A DNA stretch of 62,875 bases, the filler included, from Octopus bimaculoides (lineage: Eukaryota), in the NCBI RefSeq assembly GCF_001194135.2. It is 4 parts of 4 records of this genome, joined end to end, with 100 filler letters (N's around TTAATTAATTAA, not from the genome) between each part and the next. Parts side by side here need not be neighbours in the genome. Positions count along the whole stretch, not along the records: positions 23,469 to 42,662 come from NC_069000.1; positions 42,763 to 58,765 come from NC_068983.1; 2 more parts are not named here. The stretch is one strand, 5' to 3'. Below are positions 39,191-51,225 of this stretch, piece by piece. The translations under genes and the position numbers were made by a program. How positions within the stretch are numbered: the stretch's first letter is position 1; every line of letters starts with the position of its first letter. The notes under the pieces were generated by a model, which saw nothing but the letters and a program-made list of their open reading frames with translations, did no database searches and was not told where the DNA came from.

Positions 39191-40086
39191 GAACAAATAG
39201 TAAATGAATATATGCATATATACGTACAGGTATGTATATATANNNNNNNNNNNNNNNNNNNNNNNNNNNNNNNNNNNNNNNNNNNNNNNNNNNNNNNNNN
39301 NNNNNNNNNNNNNNNNNNNNNNNNNNNNNNNNNNNNNNNNNNNNNNNNNNNNNNNNNNNNNNNNNNNNNNNNNNNNNNNNNNNNNNNNNNNNNNNNNNNN
39401 NNNNNNNNNNNNNNNNNNNNNNNNNNNNNNNNNNNNNNNNNNNNNNNNNNNNNNNNNNNNNNNNNNNNNNNNNNNNNNNNNNNNNNNNNNNNNNNNNNNN
39501 NNNNNNNNNNNNNNNNNNNNNNNNNNNNNNNNNNNNNNNNNNNNNNNNNNNNNNNNNNNNNNNNNNNNNNNNNNNNNNNNNNNNNNNNNNNNNNNNNNNN
39601 NNNNNNNNNNNNNNNNNNNNNNNNNNNNNNNNNNNNNNNNNNNNNNNNNNNNNNNNNNNNNNNNNNNNNNNNNNNNNNNNNNNNNNNNNNNNNNNNNNNN
39701 NNNNNNNNNNNNNNNNNNNNNNNNNNNNNNNNNNNNNNNNNNNNNNNNNNNNNNNNNNNNNNNNNNNNNNNNNNNNNNNNNNNNNNNNNNNNNNNNNNNN
39801 NNNNNNNNNNNNNNNNNNNNNNNNNNNNNNNNNNNNNNNNNNNNNNNNNNNNNNNNNNNNNNNNNNNNNNNNNNNNNNNNNNNNNNNNNNNNNNNNNNNN
39901 NNNNNNNNNNNNNNNNNNNNNNNNNNNNNNNNNNNNNNNNNNNNNNNNNNNNNNNNNNNNNNNNNNNNNNNNNNNNNNNNNNNNNNNNNNNNNNNNNNNN
40001 NNNNNNNNNNNNNNNNNNNNNNNNNNNNNNNNNNNNNNNNNNNNNNNNNNNNNNNNNNNNNNNNNNNNNNNNNNNNNNNNNNNNNN

Positions 40087-40123
<37 letters not shown>

Positions 40124-40185
40124 CCATGATAGATCGTTAGCCACTAAACCTTTTATATTTTCACTCCTTGTTTATTTCTGTGTTC

Positions 40186-40221
40186 CTTTCTGTGGAAGAG
40201 CGTAGGCTCGAAACGTTAAAG
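40186..40221 (+). ncRNA. Minimal hammerhead motif in a PLE-like LTR, core variant CUGUGGA
   Basis: CUUU-CUGUGGA-A-GAGC-GUAG-GCUC-GAAA-CG-UU-AAAG; stems I and II perfect, A6 replaced by U. Confidence 0.65.
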
Positions 40222-40399
40222 ACTTTCTCACTTCCCGACCATTAAACAAATACATCTGTTTGTTGTTTACACCACCTGTCTTCGTCTGTTGTTTCTTTTG
40301 TAAATTATATATATATATCATTAATAGTCGCGGTTTATTAGACCGGGCAAAATACTTTATAAGCCCTCTTGGCACACCAGGCTAACAATATTAAGTAGC

Positions 40400-41215
40400 A
40401 AAGTCGCTCACTCTAAAATCTACATAAGAGATGGGAGTTGTAACTTTACTAAAAAGCAATATCTGTTACCACCTCAACGTGGTTGTTCTGCATAGAACAA
40501 TGTTACCACTTTAACCCCAGGAGTACCCCCCCCCAGCTGGTTAACGACACAATATCTGTGTCCAATATATTGCAAACAAAAAAGCGGCGAGCTGGTAGAA
40601 AGGTTAGCACGCCGGGCGAAATACTTAGAGGCATTTCGTCTGTCTTATCGTTCTGAGTTCAAATTCTGCCGAGGTCGACTTTGCGTTTCATCCTTTCGAG
40701 GTGGATAAATTAAGCACCCGTTGCGTACTGGGGTCGATCTAAACGACACCCCCTTCCCAAAAATTTCGGGCCTTGTGCCTAGAGTAGAAAATAAGGGAGC
40801 GATAAGAACAGTAGCTCAGCTGGTTTCGGGCGCTCGCCCTTCCTCAGTACTGGTACTCCTGTCTGCTAGAAATGGCAGTCGTTCGTCCCAGTCCGCAATA
40901 TATGAATATACTGCATAAGCGACACAAGACCGCTGGTCTTACAACAATCAAAACTGCTTGTTCTTAAGTCTGTAAAGAGATGTAAGTAGTAATTCTAATA
41001 AAAGTAACTGTTGTCATCATCTCAACGTGTTTATTCTGAATAGAACAATGTTACTAATCTCTTTAACGCCAGGAGGACACCTCCACCACCTGGTTAACGA
41101 CACAATATCTGTGTCCGATATATTCCAAACAACGTAGCGAACACCTCCCTTCTAGCGGCTACAAGACCAGCAGAGCAGCTGGTTTCAGGTTTTCACCTAT
41201 CCTCGAATAACTCCA
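40400..41215 (-). repeat. Diverged tandem repeat (about 360-nt unit) with one hammerhead motif per unit; retrozyme- or PLE-LTR-like
   Basis: Shared blocks at 40473/41021 (CTCAACGTG) and 40546/41099 (GACACAATATCTGTGTC); hammerhead motifs at 40809-40852 and 41167-41210, 359 nt apart; SINE at 40584-40790 in the left unit. Confidence 0.75.
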
Positions 41216-42441
41216 GGTAATCACTTGGTGGGGTCCAAAGATACGATTCATCACAATTCTATATTGTAACTACTCGGATGGGCTACGCATGCGTGTAACG
41301 GTGTGGGTAAAAATGTTGTTGAGGAAGAGGCGGAGGAAATGTAGGAGTTGTTGTTGCTGTTGTTAACAGTCATGAGAACTTCATCTTCCTCAGTAATAAC
41401 AACAGCAAAATCTACTACTACCTCTACTACTACTACTACTACTACTACTATGTCAACAATGGTAAACCACTGCAACAGGTACCACAACATTGACAAGAAC
41501 AGCAAAATCAGTGATTGCTTCCAGTGTCTGAAATATAATAACTGAAGCTGGCTGAAAATCACCTTCCGCTTCAAGCAGTAGCAGCAGCAACAGCAGTATT
41601 AGTGGTAGTAGTAGTAGTAGTAGCAATACTGATGAAACAACGAAAACTTTTATGACAACCACTACCATTACCACCACCACGACCATCACCACCACAGCAG
41701 CAACAACGCCAACTACTACTACTACATCTAGTAGTAGTAGTAGTAGTAGTATGAGGAGGAGGAGGAGGGGGGGGGTAGAGTGAGCTCCGTCTCTTCCACC
41801 GCTGTATATTCGTTGGTATCTCTTCACTTGTGACGTTCTCAACCAGAAGGAACGTTTTCCTCATCGTCGTCATCTTCATCATCATCATCATCATCATCAT
41901 CACAACGACAACCAGATATTACCGACCACGACCACCACCACCACCACCACAACATCATCACCATCACTAGCAGCAGCATCATCGTCCATTAATAATCAGC
42001 CGTCACTCCCCCACCCAGTCTCACTCTAGCCACTCCCGTCCCCACCAACTCCACCTCACTCAGACATTTCTCTTTCTCTCTCTTTAGTTTAATATCTCTC
42101 ACCCTCCTTCTCTTTCCTCTCTCATATTCTCTCTTTCTCTCTCTCTCTCTCTGTCTGTCTCTCTAATCGCACTTGCTTATCACTTTGCACGCTCTCTCTC
42201 CCTTTCTCTCACACATTCACATTCTCCCTCCCTCTTTCACACACTCTTTCTCTCTTTCTCCCTCTCACACATTCACACTTTCTCTCTCTCTCTCTCTCAC
42301 ACACACACAATCCTTTCTCTCATTTAACCACGCAACAAATACACCAGCACCTTCTTCCTTTTCTCTCTTTTCTCTCTTCCCCTCTCTCTCTCCCCCTCTC
42401 TTGTTCGCACATGCTTGTCTACTCAAATCCTCCCACCTCTG

Positions 42442-42472
<31 letters not shown>

Positions 42473-42762
42473 CTTTCCCCCTCCTATCATTCATAAACGC
42501 AAACATTCACTGCTCTCTGCTTTCTCCCTCCCTCCCTCCCCTCACTCATTCACCCTCTCTACCACCCTCTCTCTCTCTCTCGCCTCTTACCTTTCCCATA
42601 CTTTCCCAAAACAAAACAAACCTCCGCCTTCAAGTCTTATCTCCCACCCTTTCTTACTTAACNNNNNNNNNNNNNNNNNNNNNNNNNNNNNNNNNNNNNN
42701 NNNNNNTTAATTAATTAANNNNNNNNNNNNNNNNNNNNNNNNNNNNNNNNNNNNNNNNNNNN

Positions 42763-42821
<59 letters not shown>

Positions 42822-42947
42822 CAAATGATCATTATAAAAATTAATTCATTAAACAGAGTTCAATAAATGTCATCAAATAAAACGAAATGAATCCGATTTT
42901 GTTGTTAATGATTTTAACTTTTTAAATTATTTTTTTGCTTTTCGTAG

Positions 42948-43124
42948 CTGGAAAACTGTTCAAGTATTTATTTCTTCGACTTTCCATGACATGCATGGTG
43001 AGCGAGACATCCTTACACGCTATGTTTTTCCAAAATTGAAACACTGGGCAAAAAAGCATTTCATTCATATCAATGAAGTAGATTTGCGGTGGGGAATCCC
43101 GAAACAAGAAGCAGAATCATCGAG
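42948..43124 (+). CDS. TEP1: TEP1-like, first visible exon (WKTVQVFISSTFHDMHGERDILTRYVFPKL...EVDLRWGI), DUF4062-type region
   Basis: AG/GT boundaries, 177 nt, phase 2-2; matches the TEP1 motif W...FISSTF.DMHGERD...DLRWG. Confidence 0.88.
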
Positions 43125-44646
43125 GTTTGTATATCTGTTATCTTTAACCCTTTAACATTTATGTTCAAACCAGCCAGATCTGTCCTCTCGCACCTGCCTT
43201 GCAATGTCATTCTAAAAATAAACTAATATCATTGAAATCTCGAAGCTACAAGATAATGCCAGATTAATTCAAAACAAAGGGATTAAATGAGGATTACATT
43301 TGACAGAATAATCTGAATGTTAAAAGGGTTAACTGTGGCTTTGCCGGGGCTCCACTTTGAAGGGGTTTTAGATGAACAGATCAATCTCGGCACTTATTAT
43401 TTTTCTCATGTTTGATACTTATTCTGTTGGCCTCTGTTACTGAACTGCTGAGTTACAAGGATGTAAACAAACCAACACCAGTTGTCAAGTAATAGCAGTG
43501 GTGGTGGTGCTGGTGGTGACGGGATAAACACAGGCATAATGACACACACACATCAATATATGTGTGTATGTATAAACATACATATGTAAAATCTGATAAA
43601 CAGAGACTGTTGGAAGCCTGTTGTATGTGTGTATTATGTGTGTGTGTGAACGTATAAACATACACACATAAAATTTGACGGATAGAAATGTGTGGAAGCC
43701 TGTTGTGTGTGATGTTGTGCACACACGCGCATGTGTGTGTGTGTGTATGTATGTATGTTTAAACATACACACATGCACACACACATATATAAAATTTGAT
43801 AACCAGAAACTGTGGAAGCCTGTTGTGTGTGTGTATATGTATGTATGTATGTATGTATGTATAAACACACATACACACATGCATATATGAAATTTGATAA
43901 ACAGGAACTGTGTAGAAGCCTGTTGTGTGTGTGTGTGTGTGTGCGTGTGTGTGTGCATGTGTGTGCGCGTGTGCGCGTGTGTGTGCGTGTGTGTGTGTGC
44001 GTGTGTGTGTGTGTGTCTAAAGAAGTGGAAAATGCACTGGGAGTCTTTTAGATGGTTTATTTTTAAAGACTTAACCAGTTTCACAGTTTCGCTATATTCA
44101 CAAATCAATGCAGATAAAGAAAGCTAGCTCATCAGGTCACCATAGTTTGATCTGTGAATATAAAATTGTATTGTATAATGTGTGGCATGCATACTAGTGC
44201 ACACATGTAAACATAAGTTGTTATGCACTGAAATTATTATTACATGAAGAAGGCTGTGAAACAGCTGTAATCCTAAAGATGACAAATAGTTAAATAAATA
44301 TACTCATCTTTTATACCTCCTGACTTTTTATGAATTATATATATATATATATATATAAATTGTAAATCCCAAAAATAACAACAAAACTACAAAGGATTCC
44401 GCGGTACACGTGTTTCAAGCTTTATATGTGTATAATATAATATGTGTATAATTTACAATGTAAAGCTATCCTCAGCTGAAAAATTATTTCTCTCCCAGGA
44501 AATTATACCACCTCGGCGTTGAAGTAGGAAGAAAGGNNNNNNNNNNNNNNNNNNNNNNNNNNNNNNNNNNNNNNNNNNNNNNNNNNNNNNNNNNNNNNNN
44601 NNNNNNNNNNNNNNNNNNNNNNNNNNNNNNNNNNNNNNNNNNNNNN

Positions 44647-44686
<40 letters not shown>

Positions 44687-44731
44687 ACACACACACACAC
44701 GCGCGCGTACATGGTGTATTTCTATTTTCAG

Positions 44732-44974
44732 AAATCTTGCTATCTGCTTGGCTGAAGCAGCAAACAGCGATTTATTTATTGGAATTCTTGGAGAACGTTA
44801 TGGCTGGGTGCCAAATAAAGAGAATATTCCTGCTAATTCAGACTTTGATTGGGTACGTGAATATGAAGGACAGCCATCTATTACAGAATTAGAAATGCAC
44901 ATTGCTGCACTTTCACGTCCTGATGCAACAAAAAAAACTGCTTTCTTCTACATCCGAAATGACCAGTTTTCATT
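44732..44974 (+). CDS. TEP1: TEP1-like, visible exon 2 (NLAICLAE...FIGILGERYGWVP...SITELEM...FFYIRN)
   Basis: TTTTCAG acceptor, GTAAGT donor, 243 nt, phase 2-2, in frame with neighbours. Confidence 0.9.
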
Positions 44975-46677
44975 GTAAGTGTATATACTTTTAGATCACT
45001 TCTTTTGTTTTGTTTTTTTCTTTTCTGCTATATTTCACTGATTGGATTATTTTGTACGTATGCAGCTGTCATCTTTATCATCATCATCATCATCATATTT
45101 GGTAACATCGATGTTCTTAGCTGTCGTCATTGTTGCCATCATTATTGTCAACCTCCTCCTTCTCCCACTCCTCCTATTTGCATATTTGCATATAGATTCA
45201 TTGGCATCCGAATGCTATGCACCAATGAGCTGAATGTGTTGAACACGCTGTCATTGTAAAAAGGGAGAAGTTATTTTCTGTGACATACCCTACAGCAATC
45301 AACATATCCTTCATCTGAACCTACTTAGGCATACTAACAACAAGGAAGCATATATTCATTCTAGCTCTCACTATACACTGTGCAGATAATGATTTTTTTT
45401 TTCTTTATCGGTTGGCAGATATAAGCACTGATCAACAAACAATTTGTTCGCTGAAAGCCAGCAGCTTTGTTCAGGCTCAGAGTTCTGGTAACTTCTGGAT
45501 GACCGGTCACAACATGTCAAAACACTGGTATTTCAGAATGCTGTGCACCATTAAGCCAAGTGTGTTGAATACTTTGTTGTCATAAAAGGGAAAAGTTATA
45601 CACCTGTGACGTACACTACAGTGACCAGCATATTTTTGTGTCTGAACCTGCCTAGATGTGTTAACAATATGCAAATATTCATCATCATCATCATCATTAT
45701 TGTTGCTGTTGTTGTTAAGGTGGTATACTGGCAGGATCATTAGCATGCGGGACAGAATGCTTAGTGGCATTGTGTCTACTTTTGCATTCTAAGTTCACAT
45801 TCTGCCAAGGTTGACTTTACCTTTTATCATTTTGGAGTCAATAAAATAAGTACCAGTTGAGTATTGTGGTCGACCTATCCACTCCCCTGAAATTGCTGGC
45901 CTTGTGCCAAAATTTGAAACTATTATTGTTTTTATTATTATTCACTTGCAGAAACATTGCTCAGCGGGTAATATTCCATTCATATATCAGAAACTATATT
46001 GTTCAATATTGTTTTATTTACGAAGTTATGGTGTGATCTGTATGAGATTTGTATGGGATTTGACTTCTGTTTTTAGCATGTTGAGCAGTTATATATCAGC
46101 TGTCTGTTGAATTTGCCAGTAAATGACTTTCCCCTCTCCTTCTCTCTTTTCCTCTACCTTACATTTTCTGTTTCATGGTGATTAAACTAACATGCAAGCC
46201 CCCCCCCCACCTACTCTGCATCAAGCAAATATACCCTGCTATCTTTACAAGCACAGAAAAAAAAAAAAAGATGTAAATGAATTAAAACAAATTTCCAGTC
46301 AGGCAAAAAAGTAAATTTTGAGTTGCAAGAATGGCAGAGAAAAATTGGGTATTTATCCTTATAAAATGAAAAAAAAAAGTTGCCAGCAAGTCGCTATGGA
46401 AGTCAGATGCCAGTTGAGTGCCCTAACCATTATGCTAAATGGTCCCTGACAATATTTACCATCAATTTTAATGCTAAATAATAGCTTAACAAATGCAACA
46501 TGGAAAAAAAGTTGCCAGCAGGTAGCTACAGGAGTCAAATGAGTATTCCTCAGACGCAAGCATCTATTTTTATTTATTCATTACATCTGATTTAATTCAG
46601 TTGTGTAGTTTCTTTCGTTTAAATTGTCATTCTTCTAATAGATTCCTCAATAATAGTTCAGCTTTTGGTATTTGCAG

Positions 46678-46791
46678 GAAAGTTCCAAAGAAATGGATGA
46701 AGAATTTTGTTGCTGAAAACAGTGATAAGCAAGCAAAAATGGATTCACTTAAAGAAAGAATTAAAAGATCTGGTTTTGATGTTTGCAATGG
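46678..46791 (+). CDS. TEP1: TEP1-like, visible exon 3 (KVPKKWMKNFVAENSDKQAKMDSLKERIKRSGFDVCNG)
   Basis: TTTGCAG acceptor, GTAAGA donor, 114 nt, phase 2-2. Confidence 0.88.
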
Positions 46792-46834
46792 GTAAGACAT
46801 TATTTGTATTTAATAAATGTTTGATCCTATATAA

Positions 46835-47580
46835 CAGTGCTACTCAAAGTGGTGATCCACAGACCGGTGCCAGTCTGAGAGCCATCAGCTGCCAGTATGT
46901 GGCGAGTTTCCAGAAAAGAAAGAAACACTATAAAATGCTTATGTAATATTGTATTATTTGTTTACAAAATAGATATAAGATAAAAAAGAATTGTCAACTT
47001 TTATATTATATTCATTATATATATTTTTGTATTTGGGGATGGTCATGTTGCCAGTTTAGCCAATAAAAACACACGCACTATATATTTGGTGTTAATTTGC
47101 TTCAGCTTTATTTTACATTAATCGTATTTCGTCCAGAGTTCTTTCGTCACACATCTGTGGTCTTTTGCTTTCTTCTTTCTTATTTGTGACAAAATGGCTG
47201 ATTGTCAGTAAGGAAAGACACACAAATAAGAAAGAAGAAAGCAAAGGACCACTGATGAGGTCACAGAAGTGTGACGAAAGAACTCTGGACGAAATACGAT
47301 AAATGTAACATAAAGCTGAAGCAAATTAACACCAAATATAATAGTGCATGTATTTTTATTGGCTAAACTCACAACATGACCATCCCCAAATACAACAATA
47401 TCTGTTTCAACACACAATTTCACATCAAGAATCTTGCAAAACGAATATATAAACGTAAATTATATATATTGTTTCTGGTATAATTTAATATTACTGAGAA
47501 ATATTACTGGTCCCTGGCACATTGGAAAAAAAAAAAAAAAAACTGCTGATATGCCACATCAAATAATTTGAGAAGCACTG
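46835..47580. mobile_element. Non-autonomous hAT (Charlie-like) transposon with perfect 8-bp TSD
   Basis: TIRs CAGTGCTACTCAAA / TTTGAGAAGCACTG; CTATATAA on both sides (46827-46834 and 47581-47588). Confidence 0.88.
47249..47288 (+). ncRNA. Minimal type I hammerhead ribozyme with intact core, sense to the TEP1 pre-mRNA
   Basis: CCA-CUGAUGA-G-GUCACA-GAAG-UGUGAC-GAAA-G-AA-C-UC-UGG: 6-bp stem II, 3-bp stem I, CUC triplet, very short helix III. Confidence 0.8.
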
Positions 47581-47929
47581 CTATATAATGTGTGTGTGTG
47601 TGTTTTATAATAGTGAAAGTAAGCTTCATATATGTATATGTTGCTCATTGCTTCCACTCTTCTGCATCCCTCTTGCCTCCCGAGTTCATGGTCCTTGTTT
47701 AATCCATCCTTCAAGCCTACCCATTTTGGCCATTTGCCTTACCACCCATTTGCTTCTCCACAGCCAGTATCTTGTGCTGCCCCCCCTCCTCGCTGGGTAC
47801 TTTATCACCATTATCTTAAGTCTTACAACTCCTACTGATCATTTTCCCTTTCTGTCCCTTATTTTCCCCCTGCTAGATGTGAGTAGCCATGCAGGTATCT
47901 TTGCCTTCACTTAGTCATAGAAATTCCCT

Positions 47930-48305
47930 CAACCCTAGCAATGACTTGACTAGCCCAGATTTTGTCTTGTGGGGATCCCTGAAAGAAAGGTTCTACATCA
48001 ACAAACTGGAGACCCTAGTGCAACCGAAGGAGAACATCAATAAAGAAATCGGAGACGTAGGATCTGAGACTCTTGAGGGTGTTATGGTGCAAGTTTTGGA
48101 AAGAGCATGGATGTGCGAAACCGAAAATGGCTGCCATTTAAGCAATATCATTTTTCATATGTAATGTAGTGGTGTTGCAAAATTTAACTTGTACATATTA
48201 ATTTCCATTATGTCCTTTATATTGTATCAAAATTTCATGTATTTATTTGTCAAGTTAAGGAAGTTATTAAAAATCAAAACCCATCAGTGATTTTGGGACA
48301 CCCTG
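47930..48305 (+). mobile_element. Tc1/mariner-superfamily 3' fragment with terminal repeat
   Basis: DLTSPDFVLWGSLKERFYINKLETL...; ends GGGACACCCTG followed by TA. Confidence 0.75.
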
Positions 48306-48546
48306 TACCTATATTAGAATGGATTATTCATTTTGTTCATGTACCTGTGTGTATTCGTTATTTTATTTATTATTTTATTCAAGTTTTTATTTTATTCGAT
48401 TTTTTATTTCATTCAATTTTATTTTTTCATTGAATTTATCTTATTTATTATTTGAAGCAATTTTAGAAAAATTGAAGTATGTCTTTGACAACTCCAGAGT
48501 GTATTGAACTTATTTTTGTATGTGACCTTTTGCCCCACCCCACATC

Positions 48547-48578
<32 letters not shown>

Positions 48579-48883
48579 AGACAGCACTATTATTGATGAT
48601 GGTGTTGATGTTTCCATGTGTCCTATAGAAATTATTTTGCTATGAATTCCCAACTACTCCACAATAACCATTTATTTAATTTCAAATTCTCTCTCAACTC
48701 TCATTTATGTCTTACATCCAAATTTAGTTTTATAAAAATGCATTAATCTCTTGTCTGAAAAACCTCGTTAGATCCTCAACAACAAAGAATTTGACTTAAG
48801 ATGAGACTTCATCTTCTAAAATTTGCATATCAATACATTCTTGTACATTGAGTAAACAAATGTTCATGTATTCTTCATTTTAG

Positions 48884-49007
48884 ATATCCTGCTGAATGGG
48901 GTGGAATGAAAGATGGTGTCCCATTTGCATCAGGTTTGGAATGTTTTGCAAAACGAGTTTTTAATCAATTACAGAATGCAGTGAAGTCCTTGCACATTGA
49001 CAATCAG
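48884..49007 (+). CDS. TEP1: TEP1-like, visible exon 4 (YPAEWGGMKDGVPFASGLECFAKRVFNQLQNAVKSLHIDNQ)
   Basis: 124 nt, phase 2-0; YP.EWGG...GLE.F matches the TEP1 segment between DUF4062 and NACHT. Confidence 0.9.
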
Positions 49008-49247
49008 GTAGAGATGATTTTGGATTGTTTTTTTTCCCTCTTTTGATTCTTTAAAATCAGATTATATTAAAATGCTTCGTAGTTGTCTGCTTTGGCACAC
49101 GTGTGCACATGCACACATGCACACATGTGCATGCAAACACACGCACACACACACATTAATTAAAACAGTTTGCTATGGTTCCATGTGATTTAAAGTTTCA
49201 CAGGCCTGTGACAGAAGCCCATCTCTTTCAGGCTTTAGATTGCTGTA

Positions 49248-49447
49248 TACTCTTTTCTCTTACTTGTTTCATTCATTTGACTGCAGCCATGCTTGATCAC
49301 CGCCTTTATAGTCGAGCAAATCGACCACAGGACTTATTCTTTGTAAGCCTAGTACTTATTCTATCGGTCTCTTTTGCCGAACTGCTAAGTTACAGGGGAC
49401 GTAAACACATCAGCATCGGTTGTCAAGCGATGTTGGGGGGACAAACA

Positions 49448-49500
<53 letters not shown>

Positions 49501-49755
49501 CTATATATATATATACACACATATATACGACGGGCTTCTTTCAGTTTCCATCTACCAAATCCCCTCACAAGGCTTTGGTTGGCCCGAGGCTATAGTAGAA
49601 GACACTTGCTCAAGATGCCATGCAGTGGGACTGAACCCGGAACAATGTGCTTGTACTAGGCTTACAAAGAATAAGTCTCGGGGTCGATTTGCTCAACTAA
49701 AGGCGGTGTTCCAGCATGGCCGCAGTCAAATGACTGAAACAAGTAAAAGAGTAAA
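49248..49755. mobile_element. Family-B tRNA-derived SINE (-) with an oppositely oriented 3' fragment (+) at its end
   Basis: 49248-49355 is complementary to 49653-49755; full-length relative at 52013-52430 (-) has an A-box/B-box-like head; other copies at about 53730-53935 (+) and 57760-57955 (+). Confidence 0.8.
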
Positions 49756-49803
49756 AAAAGAGTATATTTCAGATGTCTAATACATTTGTTTCTTAATTTC
49801 CAG

Positions 49804-49989
49804 CCAGCTACGAAGAACACAGTCAAAACCCAGATGAAGAACTTACATCAGGCATTTGTTGAGAAGCAGCAGGCTTTGTTTATTGGTCGAAAAGCTCTGC
49901 TGGAAAATTGTTTAGGCAAAATTAAGCAAATGTCCTCCGGCATTCTGTTGATTGAAGGAAAAGCTGGCTGCGGAAAATCTGCTTTTCTC
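49804..49989 (+). CDS. TEP1: TEP1-like, visible exon 5 with P-loop (FIGRKALL...ILLIEGKAGCGKSAFL)
   Basis: 186 nt, phase 0-0, GTGAGT donor, Walker A GxxGxGKS. Confidence 0.92.
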
Positions 49990-50339
49990 GTGAGTTTTCA
50001 CTATTTATTTTTATCTACATTTAATAGATTTTTTCTCTTTTTTTCCTTTCTTTCTTACTTTTTGTTGTTTCCATATTCTTCTGATTCTTTCATTCTTCCT
50101 TTTTTCCTTTTTTGTTTCTTTTGTTTTAATTTAATTCCCTCCATCCATCCATCCATTCATCCATTGACCAATCCATCCATCCATCTGTTCATTTAGTCAT
50201 TCATTCATTCATTCATTCATTCATCTATCTTCTTTGCTGCTTAACTTTTTTTTTTATTATTTCCATTCATTCTCTCCTTTGTTTTTGTTTTTTTTTGTTA
50301 TATGCATCTTTTCTTTCTGTTCTTCCCCTGTTCTTGTTT

Positions 50340-50625
50340 CTTCATCATCATCACCAACACCACTACCACCACTGTCACCACCACTACTGCTGCCACTACC
50401 ACCACTTAACCATCACTACCACTACCACCATCACCATCACCATCACCACCATCACCATCACCACCGCTGTCACCATCACCACCACCATCACCACTACCAC
50501 CACTACCGCTACTGTCACCACTGCCGCTGTCATGACTGCCAGCACCACCGCTGTCATCACCACCGCTGTCATCACCACCGCTGTCATCACCACCACCACC
50601 ACCACCACCACCGCCATCATTATTT
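50340..50625. repeat. (CAC/CAT)n trinucleotide mosaic in a TEP1 intron
   Basis: Read directly; explains the poly-His and poly-Thr ORFs in the track. Confidence 0.9.
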
Positions 50626-51083
50626 TAGTGCCTACTTTTCCATGAGCGCTACATGTGATTTCTCTTATATTCAGTTTTTTTTCCTATCATCTTATCTGTC
50701 CTTTGCTGTTTGCTTACGCACACTAACATTACACACACACACACGCATGCATCGTTTCTTTTTTTCTCTTCAGCTTTTGCATGTTCCCTTTATTAAATGC
50801 ACACATTTTGCTGCTTTGCAATATCCCCACCACCACCACCACCACCACCACTTTATGCACAAACACCCTTTCACTTGAAGAGAGGGAATGCTTTGTTGCC
50901 TGCAGTGGTTACTCTCTTTTCATCATCCCCATTCTTACTTTGAATACTATGCTCTCAGAGGTATATGAGACATTTTGGTACAACCATTCTGGAGGCACCT
51001 ATTTGGCATTCCAGATTCGATGCTGACTTGTTTGACATGGGATGTTTTCATGTATCTCTCATTTTAATGTTCCCTTTGTTTTC

Positions 51084-51129
<46 letters not shown>

Positions 51130-51192
51130 TCTCTCACCATTGTCTCTCTCTTTCCTTTCTGCCTCTCTCTTTCACTCTATCTTTCCTTTTTG

Positions 51193-51225
<33 letters not shown>

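Noticed and set aside
38819-40205. Longest ORFs in the track (300-440 aa)
   Set aside because: Mostly X from N-runs flanked by (TA)n; likewise at about 2045-2665, 9978-10795, 27207-28079, 53150-53797 and 56872-57714.
40809-40890. Possible vault RNA near TEP1 (TAGCTCAGCTGG A-box-like, GTTCG, CCAGTCC)
   Set aside because: No proper B-box or poly-T terminator; the sequence is better explained as the complement of the hammerhead in the tandem repeat.
50340-50625. Poly-His / mucin-like Thr-rich ORFs
   Set aside because: Trinucleotide mosaic inside the TEP1 intron between exons that join in frame without it; the same applies to 41340-42000.
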